DNA of 64,000 nucleotides, from positions 121,644,001-121,708,000 of the forward strand of contig NC_042997.1 of assembly GCF_006345805.1 (NCBI RefSeq), read 5' to 3'. Position numbers and translations under genes: made by a program. The notes under the pieces are model-generated. The model was not told the DNA's origin and did not search any database. It worked only from the letters and a program-made list of their open reading frames with translations. Position 1 is the stretch's first letter; each line of letters opens with the position of its first letter. This DNA comes from Octopus sinensis (taxonomy: Eukaryota). Positions 52,396 to 64,000 of this stretch are shown piece after piece.

Positions 52396-52782
52396 TATAT
52401 TAGAAGAAATGAGGTACTCAGAAAATCGGATGGTTTATATTTACAGATATTTATTTGTATATTACATTTTTTATATATATATCATATAACTTAGATAATA
52501 TATTAGCGCTTTCTCCCATTCTAGTGGGGTTTTCAAATCAAACTAAGTTCTTGTGTGAGGAGTTTTGACCATTTTATAGTGGTACAAACTTAATACCACT
52601 ATAAAATGGTCAAAGCTCCTCACACAAGAAATTAGTTTGATTTGAAAACCCCACTAGAATGGGATAAAGCGCTAATACATGATCTAAGTTATATGATATA
52701 TATAAGAAATGTAATATACAAATAAATATCTGTAAATATAAACCATCCGATTTTCTGAGTACCTCATTTCTTCTAATATATA
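52396..52782. repeat. 387-bp foldback palindrome (MITE-like) in (TA)n
   Basis: Arms 52396-52584 and 52594-52782 differ by about 6 substitutions and one 2-bp indel; 9-nt loop CAAACTTAA. Confidence 0.92.
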
Positions 52783-52784
52783 TA

Positions 52785-52824
<40 letters not shown>

Positions 52825-52828
<4 letters not shown>

Positions 52829-53971
52829 ACGAGGTGGGACCTCCGATTCAAACTGTTACGGAATCCCTCACACCCAGGCCCGTTCGATGCAGCGAATCTC
52901 CGCCACGGAAACTCGTCGGAGAGGAGAGAGAGACACAACAACAACAGCAGCAGCAGCACAGAGGCAATCGAGAGAGACACAAAGAGGCAAGGCACAACTG
53001 GCTTACATTTAACAACTAGTTTATATGAAAATCAATTGTTAGAACATCAAATACATATCAGGTACATTTAAAAGGGACATGCACGTGACAACTCAATACA
53101 TCATACAGGTATACCACAGATCAAAGCATTTAAACATGCAAGTAACAATATAACCGTCCGGTAACAACACATCAAGGTCAATACATCAGCATTTCAAAGG
53201 TACACGTCCGAAGACACAGTTCTATTTCAAAACACATCAACAAGTCATATACAGTTCAAAGGACATTACAGGCCTAACAGTTCAATGTTCATTATACAAT
53301 GTTCAAATCACAACACTGTACACAATGTCTTTACACAATTCACATTGTTCTTTTCACTGCCTCATTTATTTTCACTGTTCAATACATCAATTCCTTGTCC
53401 TTCTTTTTCTTCACATATCAATACACAATTCACGTACCTTACATTAGCCAACGCCTCATATTGTACCTCATCTCTATCGCCGCCTATTCCTCTGTATATC
53501 TCTCTCTCTCTGTCCCAATACTCCAAGACCGCCGACTGCTTAAATTCCAACCGCTCGCCCTGACTCCCAAAAACCGACTGTTCGCTTTGACGACCGAATA
53601 CCGACTGTCCCTATCACTACCTTCAATCTGTCTCTGCACACTAATATCCTCTCTATCTGCTCTCAGCCCTATCTGCCCATCTATATCGGCGCTGTCACTG
53701 TCATTCTCTCATGACAGCTCTCAGATCCCTTACTCTGTCTTTCTCACTACTTTCTTCTTCCTCTTCTTCACTGTCACTAGATTCTTCCTTACTCTATCTT
53801 CCTCGGCCCTCACATCTCTCTGACCCCTAATCGACCGGCACAAGGCCAAAGGTCCCTCCAAAAGCCATTACTCTTCCAGTAAACAAAGGGCTGTAGCTTT
53901 TTATTCCAGACTTGCAGGCGCCACTCCCAACAAAGTGGGTCAAGAAATACTGCACCAGCCGAACCATAACA
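52825..53971. mobile_element. Probable solo LTR (1147 bp)
   Basis: TGTTA...TAACA termini, ATAT(AT) on both flanks, non-coding; the TSD is uninformative because the target is (TA)n. Confidence 0.6.
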
Positions 53972-53973
53972 AT

Positions 53974-54019
<46 letters not shown>

Positions 54020-54293
54020 TACACACATATATACATACATACACACACATATATATATATGTTAACAATACTCTCAAATAAAATAAAGACTGGAGATGTA
54101 GTGCTGCAAGTAAGCTATATTCCGCTTAGTAATCTAAATGTTGAAGTGAATCGAATGGCTTTTGTGTGTTTCTTAAATGGCTTACAAACACCTTCCACGC
54201 TGCAATTGTTTTCTTTCCAGCACACGATCTCAGATCAAATCACTTTCTATGCAAATACATCTCCGTATATATGTATATATGTATATATGTATA

Positions 54294-54505
54294 TATAAAC
54301 GAGCCCATAACCTACGAGACCTTTTGGTCCATAGCTCCTTCCCTGACCCTACCTCCCAACCTGGCTCGTTCCCCTGCTCCCGCCCACGTTGCCGCACTTG
54401 CCCTTACCTCTCCAACACCACCCTCCTCATTGGCACCCCTCATCGACCCTAACGCATCATCAACTCCTTCACTGCACCTCCAGCAATATCATCTTCTCCC
54501 TCCGC
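54294..54505 (+). pseudogene. Penelope-like RT/GIY-YIG linker fragment
   Basis: YKRAHNLRDLLVHS..GSFPCSRPRCRTCPYL, then (frameshifted) CTSSNIIFSLR. Confidence 0.8.
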
Positions 54506-54730
54506 TTCTCCTCTTTCCTTTCCCCTCCTCTTCCTCTCCTCTTTCCTTTCCCCCCTATTCTTCTCTCCCACTCTCCCCCTCTCCTCTCTCCCCCCTCATC
54601 TATCCTCTCCTCTCTCTCCCCTTACCTCACCCTCCTCCTCCCCTCTACCCCTCATCTCCTCTCTCTACACTACACCATACGACTTTGCACATCACCCCTC
54701 CTCCTCCCCTCTCCCCCTAATCTCCTCTCT
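54490..54730. repeat. C/T-rich polypyrimidine low-complexity tract
   Basis: Directly visible (CCT/CTC-rich). Confidence 0.9.
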
Positions 54731-54829
54731 CTACACCACACCATACGACTTTACACATCACATCATATATACATACACACGTCCAGACCTCTCATACGCA
54801 CTACATACTCTCTCATACACACACACACT

Positions 54830-55135
54830 CGTATGTTGGGGCGAGGTCATTTAACCCTGTTATCTCCCCTAATTTCGCTCTTGCGTCTCACGTTTGATCT
54901 TTGACTTCTGGCCGAAATCAGATCGCCATGTTGATTCGCTAGCGTCTGCATTTTTTTTCTCTCCTTGTTTCTTTCTGTGTTTCTTTTCTGTGTATCTTTC
55001 TGTTGAAGAGCGTAGGCTCGAAACGTAAAAGACTTGTTTTATTTATATTCCTGAGCGCCATACTAATACAATTGTTTGTTTGTATTCCACCTGCCTTCGT
55101 CTTTTGTTCCTTTTCATAAAGCTTCCCGTTATAAA
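54830..55135 (+). mobile_element. Penelope-like terminal segment with a minimal hammerhead
   Basis: Same strand as and downstream of the PLE fragment; related to 14368-14545. Confidence 0.6.
54995..55032 (+). ncRNA. Minimal type I hammerhead-like motif
   Basis: UCUUU-CUGUUGA-A-GAGC GUAG GCUC-GAAA-CG-UA-AAAGA; 5-bp stem I, palindromic ACGU stem III, A6-to-U core change. Confidence 0.55.
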
Positions 55136-55175
55136 TATATATACATACATATATATATATATATTATATATATAT

Positions 55176-55245
<70 letters not shown>

Positions 55246-55639
55246 ATAATACGAACGGTTTACACCTCCTCTCTTTCACTCTGTGAAAGTGAGGGAAATA
55301 AAAGAGGGAAGATGGAATATACGAGAATTTTTATTATTAATCATGACTATTGTTTTGCGCCTCTACCATCAATCCCTCAGAGGTGGGTCACTTAACAACT
55401 GGTTCAGGAGTGTCCGGCGGTGCAGATGTGTCTCATCGGGTGAGAAATTGATACAACTCGTTAAAATAAAGATATCCCAAGGTATCTTCGTATTTCGTAG
55501 AAAGAAAAGCAGCAAAACCAAGATAATGTCTTTATTTACATAGAAGACCAAAGATAAAACCACAGATGGAAAAAAGAAACGAACACGCAATACAGCAAGA
55601 AAAGTATTAGAAATAATTGTTAACAGATATGAACATACA

Positions 55640-55860
55640 AACACCCTTTTTGTGTGTGTGTTTGTCCTCCACCAACTTTTGACAAACATAACTTCCCGGT
55701 TCGGCGAAAGAGTCCAATAGAATAAGCACCAGCACCCCCTTCCTCCCAAAAAAATGGAAAGAAAAAGAAAACTCGAACTGGTTCAGTTCATTCAATTAAA
55801 TATTCTTCAGAGCAGTAATCCAGCATGGCCGCAGTCTAATGACTGAAATATAAAAGATAA
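55640..55860 (+). mobile_element. Family A 3' half, degenerate
   Basis: CCAGCATGGCCGCAGTCTAATGACTGAAA. Confidence 0.65.
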
Positions 55861-56499
55861 AATATATGGCAAAGAAATATTTTGTGGACATCAAAAGTTA
55901 AGCGTATAAAACCAGCTCCAGCACAATATGAGTCAGCATCTGTTAATATTACTTTAAATGCTAAACTGTATTTATGATAAGAATAATGCATATCATAACA
56001 ATCTTATCATCAAATATTTACATAAACCATATGCTGGAGTGAAAAAACTCAGTGGGACTTTCTGAATACTAAATAGTATGCGAAAAAAAATTAACATCAG
56101 ATATATCACATATTCATTTGAAGAATTATGCTCAGGTGAAAATATCAAAGAGGATATGTGAAATATCAAATGAAGTCATAGTAATCAATCTAGTATGAGC
56201 AATGGAGTTAAATTATTTGACAATACGGATATTTTACATCAATCGGAATGGATCAGGTTGTTAAAAACAGCTACTGAAAACAACGGTCATGCTTAGGTAT
56301 TCTAACATCCCTCTCTCTCTTTCTCTCTCTCTCCCCTCTCTCTCTATCTCTCTCTGACGCACACACGCAAAGACATGCACAAACGCACGCACAAACATAC
56401 AAACTGATACACACAGACACACAACTAGATCTCTCTCTCTCTCATTCTCTCTTTTTCTCGCTCTCTCTCCTCTCTCTCTCTATATATATACATGTAACT

Positions 56500-56885
56500 A
56501 ACTGCAGACACTCCCTCGCCTACGACGACGAAGGTTTCATTTGGTCCGATCATATTTATTTAGGTGCACTCCGTCGGTTATGACAACGAGGGTCCCAGCT
56601 GATACAATCAACGGGAGAGCTTGCTCGTATAATTAGCGCGCAAGTGGTTGGCCACTCCACAAACACGTATGCACTTAAAGTGGTTCTCAGGGAGTTCCAG
56701 CGTGACACAGAGTGTGACAAGTTTGGCTCTTTAAAATACGGGTACTACTCATTTTCGCCAGCTGAGTGGACTGGATCATCGTGAAATAAAGTGTCTTGCT
56801 CAAAGACACAACGCGTCGCCGGGAATTGAACTCACGACCTTACGATCGTGAGTCGAATATCTTAATCATTAAGTCATGCGCCTTC
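56500..56885 (-). mobile_element. Family C SINE
   Basis: Minus-strand head GGCGCATGACTTAATG..GAGTTCAATTCCCGG and TTGAGCAAGACACTTTATTTCAC. Confidence 0.75.
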
Positions 56886-56917
<32 letters not shown>

Positions 56918-57223
56918 ACAAACACACACTGGCAGTATGATTTGACTTATATACAGCCACTGAAGAGATGGAGCGCGTAGAAATCTCGTGATCTGATAGT
57001 TCTGGCGCCTGTAGCAGACGATTGTCTTCTGCCAAGCGTATAAGTCTATTAAATATATATCTTTTAATGCAGCACGCATCCATATGAGATGTCCTCTGGA
57101 GCTAAATGACGCAGGATTCGGCGCCATAACAATACAACCACGTTAAGATGAAAATAAGGGTTATCTTTTTGTATTAATATTGATATTGTCGTTAATAATT
57201 ATGCATACATATATATATGTACG

Positions 57224-57271
<48 letters not shown>

Positions 57272-57479
57272 TGAATTTGTGTTGCTAGCTTCCTGACGTG
57301 AAACCGTGTGTTGAAATAGATATTGTTGTATTTCATTTCGGGAGGCCATTTTCCCCCCAAATAAACACACGCACTATATATTCATTCTTCACCCATTTAT
57401 TACTGCTATTATTTTAATTCAGGTCCTTTGTTCGGAAATCTTTCGTCACACATCCTATTTATGATATTTCTGTAATAAA

Positions 57480-58270
57480 GAGGGCGAGCTGTCAGAAATG
57501 TTAGTACGCCGGGCGAAAGGGATAGCAGTATTTCGTCTGTCTTTACTTTCGGAGTCCAAATTCCGCCGAGGTCGACTTTGCCTTTCATCCTTTCGTAGTC
57601 GATAAATTAAGTACCAGTTGCGTACTGGGGTGAATCTAATCGACTACCCACTCCCCCAAAATTTCGGGCCTTGAGCCTATAGCAGAAAAGAATATTTCTG
57701 TTATAAACATAGGATGTAATTGGTGCGAATGTTTTTGATAGACAAGATATAATCGAAGGCTAAATATAGACCACAACAAATATGGAACATGCTTGCTAGT
57801 TCAGCTACACTATCGTAATTTGTTTTTCGGGGAAATTCTTAGACATCTACAGTTGCTGAAGTAATGTTAAGTTTGATATTAACAGATTGTCGATAGATTA
57901 TTTGAACACTTCTTAGCTTTAACAACCCATGCATATTGTAACCGAATATTATAGACGATGACGTTGTTCGTAGAATGATATTATCGTGTAAAATAGAAGG
58001 CCAGAGTGTTGCATACATCATAGGGGGTAAGCTTCATTCTATACTATATTTGGTTATATGCAAAGGCGGCGAACTGGCAGAAACGTTAGCACGCCGAGCG
58101 AAATGCGAAGCCGTATTTCGTCTGCCGTTACGTTCTGAGATCTAATTCCGCCGAGGTCGACTTTGCCTTTCATCCTTTCGGGGTCGATAAATTACATACC
58201 AGTTGCGTACTGGAGTCAATGTAATCGACTAGCCCCCTTTTGGGCCTTGTGGCTAGAGTAGAAAAGAATA
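57480..58270 (+). mobile_element. Two family B SINE monomers (57480-57700; 58065-58270)
   Basis: Match to family B consensus. Confidence 0.8.
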
Positions 58271-58497
58271 TTTGTTTATATGCATCAGCAACATTTACCC
58301 TTTATAGCATTGAGATTAATCAGTGAACTGTAAAAATTATTTATTCATATTTTAAATTAAGCATGTATTATCTCACAACTATAAGATTTCGATGATGCGA
58401 TTGTTTATTTTTAGAATAACGTTGTATGTTAGGTGAAAGAGGTCAGACCTGCCCGGTTTAAGCCATAGAGCGAGTAGAATACACACACACACACACA

Positions 58498-58499
<2 letters not shown>

Positions 58500-58528
<29 letters not shown>

Positions 58529-58745
58529 TACACACATACATACATACATACATAAATACACATATATATATATATATTATATATACGGCGGGTTTCTTTT
58601 AGTTTCCGTCTACCAAATCCACTCACAAGGCTTTGGTCGGCCCGAGGCTATAGTAGAAGACGCTTGCCTAAGGTTCCACGCAGTGGGACTGAACGCGGAA
58701 CTATGTGGTTGGTAAGCAAGCTACTTGCCCACAGCCACTCCTGCA
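58500..58745 (-). mobile_element. Family A 5' half
   Basis: Head and CORE-like region ending in the microsatellite. Confidence 0.8.
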
Positions 58746-59239
58746 CGTGTACATATAAATTACTCCTAAATAATTATATTAGTGACAGTGACGTTGATGA
58801 TTTGGACAATTAAGCTCTCGTTGGACGGGCATGCATAGAAGTTAATCTGGGCTATATACAATATATTTACATATTCTCTATTGAGTTAAAATCTTTCTTT
58901 GGGTGAGTGGGTTTGAGTGGAGTGGTAAGTAAGTTTCAGGGTGTTTCATTTCGTTCTTTCGGGGTCGATAAAATAAGTATCATTAGTAAACTGGGATAGA
59001 TGTAATAGACTCATTTCTCCTCCGAAATTTTTGGCCGTGTACCAAAATTTGAAACCAATATTATCTGAACTGTTATTGTTATTTACTAGTGTTAAAACAC
59101 TGAAGTTTTTTTTTTCGTTTGACTAATAGAAAATATCTAACTATCAGTAGATTTAATCACCATCCAATAACACACAGCCATGATGTTACATCTTGCTATA
59201 GATTTTATCGTAGAAAGATTTCTCCCAAGATTTAATCAG

Positions 59240-59590
59240 CATCTTTCCACTCATACCTATTTGTTCTATACGTTTCTCTTTTCGCCTTTGTAGTTGCTGT
59301 TTGTTCCTTCTCAAGCAATGCCTGGTTCACAAGGGCTGGTTTCCAGTTCCCTTGGCGAATAGGTTCCCCAGCTGGACGGGACGCCGGCCCGTCGCAGGTG
59401 AGCTGCGAGATGCAAGAGGAAAGAGTGAGAGAAATTTGTGGGGAAAGAGTCAGCAGAAGTTCGCCATTACCTTCTGCCGGAGCCGTATGGTACTTAGGTG
59501 TTTCGCTCATAAACACACGCACCGCCCAGTCTGAGATTTGAACCCGCGATCTCTTGACCGCATGTCCACTGCTTTAACCACTAGGCCATG
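59240..59590 (-). mobile_element. Family D SINE
   Basis: tRNA-like head; body related to 8838-9010. Confidence 0.65.
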
Positions 59591-59699
59591 TGCGTCCATC
59601 ATTTTCGCCTTTACCTTGTCTTAACTCCTCCTTGATACTGTACAAAAACAATTTACTGAACAGTTCTACACCAGAACTTCCTACTCACAGTTTTATGCT

Positions 59700-60124
59700 A
59701 AGGCGGAGAGCTAGCAGAACCATTAGAACACCGGGCAAAATACTCAACCGCATTTCATCACTCTTTATGTTTTGAGTTGAAATTCTGCCGAGGTCTTTCA
59801 TCCCTTCGTGGTCAATAAAATATCGGTTGAGCACTGGAGTCAACATAATCGACTTTACCCATTCCCAAGAAATTGCTGGTCTTGTGCCAATATTTGAAGC
59901 CATTATTTTGTTAGTGCTCTTTTAATTGTTTCAGTCATTTGACTGTGGCCATGCTGGAGCACCGCCTTTAGTCGAGCAAATCGACCCCATGACTTATTCT
60001 TTGTAATCCTAGTACTTATCCTATCGGTCTCTTTTGCCGAACCGCTAAGTTACGAGGACATAAACACACCAGCATCTATTGTCAAGCGATGTTGAGGGGG
60101 GGGGGACAAACACAGATACACAGA

Positions 60125-60162
<38 letters not shown>

Positions 60163-60330
60163 TATATACGACTGGCTTCTTTCAGTTTCCGTCTACCAAA
60201 TCTACTCAGATGGCTTTGGTCGGCGCGATACTATAGTAGAAGACACTTGCTCAGGGCGTCACGTAGTGGGACTGAACCTGGAACCATGTGGTTAGTAAGC
60301 AAGCTACTTACTACACAGCCATTCCTGCGC
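59700..60330. mobile_element. Family B SINE (+, 59700-59900) and family A SINE (-, 59925-60330)
   Basis: Matches to family consensus sequences. Confidence 0.8.
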
Positions 60331-61610
60331 ATATTTAACTTGCATATTTCATACTAAGTACATTTGCTCAAGAATGAAATTTGCTTAGGCGGTGCAAACC
60401 GAGGGCCAAAACTTTTAAAAACAAGTTTTCTTTTTGTTTTTTAATTCAATTTTGCTCGTTGTTCTTTGAGAAGTAACCTAACTCTAAGCTATTTTCACAG
60501 GTCGCTTTTTACACACAGTTATCTATAAACTTTGCTTTTGCACCCCACCAGAAATTGCAGGAGGTGCGTTTGTAGCCCCCTGCGCCCCCTTCACTCCATG
60601 CTTCTGGACTCATTACTGAGTATCAAAACCGTTATCATTTTGTAGACCCTGCATAGGAGAATAGTCACTGCTTCACATGTTCTTGCAATTTCACTAAAAG
60701 AAACAATACCAAATTCAAGTATGCAAATATTTGTAAAATTTTGTAGATAGAATTTATTTGAAATTTATAATGGAGAGTCGATTAAGAATTAGCAGTGGTA
60801 TATGTTTAATAACTAGGCTTCAGTAAACATACCATAAACATTAACGACAGATGTTGTTTTTCTATCTACTGCGAATGAGCTTGATGTATTCACACTGAGC
60901 AATAGAATGTTTTGTATAAGTATCTGCTTGGTCTCTTCTCTTTTTCTTTATTACTTCGCCTCAAAAGATGTGGAATTATTAAAAACGTTGAAATATTGTC
61001 TGAGAAATATATAGAAATATGTCTCATTTGTTAGCTCCAGTGCCAATTCCATTCAAATCTGATTCCAGACAGAAGTATACAATTAGGTATTGACAACTGG
61101 CAAATAAGCAAGTAAGAATTTCTTTGAAAATATCCTGTGGCAGTCTCTGATAAAACTAAGTAAACAACAACCTTTAGAAACGAAAACTTACAACTTTTAC
61201 ATCTTTTATCGTTTTCTATTATTGTACAACGCCATGCTGCGAAACCGCTTTCAAAGTTTTAGTCTGTCATATCGACTCAGTACATATTTCAGTCTGGTTG
61301 CTAATTTACCGCTCTCTCTCCATATATATATCGAACCATTACTTTGCATTTTGGGGCATAAAGAAACATATCATTTCGCCATATTTTCCACCGTCATGTT
61401 CTAGTTGGGTGGTAGAATTAATCTGTAAACCGGGCCGTTGCCACCACTTGCTCTTTTGTGTGTCTTTAGTGGAGTTTATTTTAATGCAAACCATTAGACC
61501 AGGCTTCAAATTTGATGATACCTTCCTCTCACCCTCTCACAAATCTCGAAGTCACTATCAAGATTCATGCGTATTGCCTCCCCTCCTGTATAAAATATTT
61601 TAAAATAGAT

Positions 61611-61810
61611 ACAGACACAGCCATTGAAACATACGCATGTACACATACATACGCATGTACACATACAGACACAGCCATTGAAACACATGCATGTACACAT
61701 ACATACGCATGTACACATACAGACACAGCCATTGAAACACATGCATGTACACATACATACGCATGTACACACACAGACAGAGCCATTGAAACATACGCAT
61801 GTACACATAC
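61611..61810. repeat. 54-bp minisatellite, about 3.7 copies
   Basis: CCATTG recurs at 61621, 61675, 61729 and 61783. Confidence 0.9.
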
Positions 61811-62058
61811 AGATACAGATACACATACACATATACACATTCAAACATTCACAAAGTAATACACCATCACTCACACACTCACGCACTCAAGTACAGGCAC
61901 ATTATAATTATGATTATAAGTATCGTTATTGTTATTTTGGGGTTAATGTTGGTAGTATTTCGTTGTTGGTGTAACTGGTTGTTACACATATGGTGAAATG
62001 ATATGTTCCTTTATGCCTCAAACCGCAAAGTAATGGCTCGATATATATATATATATAT

Positions 62059-62119
<61 letters not shown>

Positions 62120-62387
62120 AAGAGCAGTAAATTAGCAACCAGTTCGTATGAATATGGAACTATTCTTTCCTAAACCTCTCACTAGGGATAGCATTTGGTT
62201 ATCAGAAGGTATAGATTCATGTCCGAAAAGTTGAATGTTGTTAGATAAGAGTCGATAATTAAATCTAAAATAAACTTCTTGATGAACGCTATGAAATTCT
62301 TCTTAAATCGATATCATGACAGTTTATGGGACTCGTAAGTTGCTAGGTCATCGTTTGTGTCCAGGCGTGAGTTCTGGGTGATAGACA

Positions 62388-63137
62388 CTTAGTTAGAGTG
62401 TCTTGGATAAGTGATCCAAAGAGAACTGAAAACTCAGTCCCATGGTGACTCTCCAACGAAGCATCGTCCACTTAAAAGGAAATTTCCTTTTTAACTCAAT
62501 CTTAATATTTTGCTTCTTCAGCTGGCAGAAACGTTAGCACGCCGGGCGAAATTCTAAGCGGTATTTCGTCTGCTGCTACGTTCTGAGTTCAAATTCCGCC
62601 AAGGTCGACTTTGCCTTTCATCCTTTCGGGGTCGATTAAATAAGTACCAGTTACGCACTGGGGTCGATATAATCGACTTAATCTGTTTGTCTGTCCTTGC
62701 TTGTCCTCTCTGTGTTTAGCCCCTTGTGGGTAGTAAAAAATAGGTATTTCGTCTGTCTTTACGTTGTGAGTTCAAATTCCGCCTTAGTTAGAGTGTCTTG
62801 GATAAGTGATCCAAAGAGAACTGAAAACTCAGACCCATGATGACTCTCCAACGAAGCATCGTCCACTTAAAAGGAAATTTCCTTTTTAACTCAATCTTAA
62901 TATTTTGCTTCTTCAGCTGGCAGAAACGTTAGCACGCTGGGCGAAATTCTAAGCGGTATTTCGTCTGCTGCTACGTTCTGAGTTCAAATTCCGCCAAGGT
63001 CGACTTTGCCTTTCATCCTTTCGGGGTCGATTAAATAAGCACCAGTTACGCACTGGGGTCGATATAATCAACTTAATCCGTTTGTCTGTCCTTGTTTGTC
63101 TCCTCTGTGTGTAGCCCCTTGTGGGCAGTAAAGAAAT
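62388..63137 (+). repeat. 395-bp local tandem duplication of unique flank plus a family B SINE
   Basis: CTTAGTTAGAGTGTCTTGG begins at 62388 and again at 62783. Confidence 0.92.
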
Positions 63138-63500
63138 AAGAATCTTTAGTACGCCAGGAAAAATGCCTTCTGATTTCAAATTACCCCGAAGTCGACCTTG
63201 CCTTTCATCCCTTTCGGGGTTGATAAAATATGTACCAGTTGAATGCTGCAGTCGTAGTAACCGTCTTACCCCCTCCTCCAAACTTGTTGATCATGTGTCA
63301 AAATTTGAAATCAATATCTTGCTTCTAGAGTTCTAAGGATTTTAAGAGGAGAGATTTATCTGTAGGGGAGTAGAAATCTTTACTATAAAATGTATTAAAT
63401 GGTAAAGTTGTCAGTTGTTTTGTTATCGGCGTCACTGAGTTTATTGATATTGCTGGCGATGCAGTAACATGACACGTTTTACTAGTACAGCAGTACTCAC

Positions 63501-63575
63501 GGAAAAACAAAAAGCAAAATGAAAAAGGAATCGACAACCCAGTGATATGCAAACTGCGTACACGTTTTTGCAACA
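63501..63575 (-). CDS. Candidate 75-nt exon (phase 1-1), xLQKRVRSLHITGLSIPFSFCFLFFx
   Basis: ctcttttaag acceptor, TCC|GTGAGT donor. Confidence 0.2.
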
Positions 63576-64000
63576 CTTAAAAGAGTTAATCAATCTGAGT
63601 TTAGGCTTGGAAGGAAATTACTGTTGCTGCCATTAAGGCCTTAAGTGTAACATAGTACGGCTGCATTTATACGCGCTCGCATTCACGTGTGTATGTGTGT
63701 GTGTGTGTGTGTGTACCAAATTAAAATGGTGGCTTATCAGCAATTAGAACCTAAAGGCAGAACTAATAGATGTTACAGATGTGACCGAGGGCACTGACTA
63801 TCACCGCTTTTGCTAAAGATAAGAGTTAAACTAACTCAAAGCCACAAATGCACTGTCTTAAGTAATAGATATATATCAGTGTGTTTGTCAGTACATCCTT
63901 CGATATGCAATTAATATCGAGTGCTCAGTAATGTAGAGTTACGCTAAGCTTTTATACGTCTAAAACCTACCAAAATACATTAATATTAACATTAAATATT

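Noticed and set aside
60545-60610. GC-rich CCCCCTGCGCCCCC motif resembling a DNA-transposon end
   Set aside because: No partner terminus found

Overview
AT-rich, repeat-saturated eukaryotic DNA. The SINE families, microsatellite load and R4/Dong LINEs point to an octopus (coleoid cephalopod) genome; this is inferred from recognition, not from a search. No intact protein-coding gene can be read, and nearly all ORFs in the supplied track are translations of microsatellites. The window holds: (1) four tRNA-derived SINE families, one of which forms head-to-tail multimers bounded by target-site duplications; (2) two oppositely oriented stacks of 5'-truncated R4/Dong-type RLE non-LTR retrotransposons sitting in (TAA)n arrays, including a 644-aa RT+CCHC+PD-(D/E)xK ORF; (3) several Penelope-like remnants (RT thumb, GIY-YIG, terminal segments), with one near-intact and several decayed type I hammerhead ribozyme folds; (4) an L1/Tx1 RT fragment, a Tc1/mariner fossil, a probable 1.15-kb solo LTR and a 387-bp foldback palindrome; (5) a few short, unverified candidate host exons on both strands. 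Coordinates were read by eye: boundaries of degenerate repeats are approximate, and no database search or folding computation was run.
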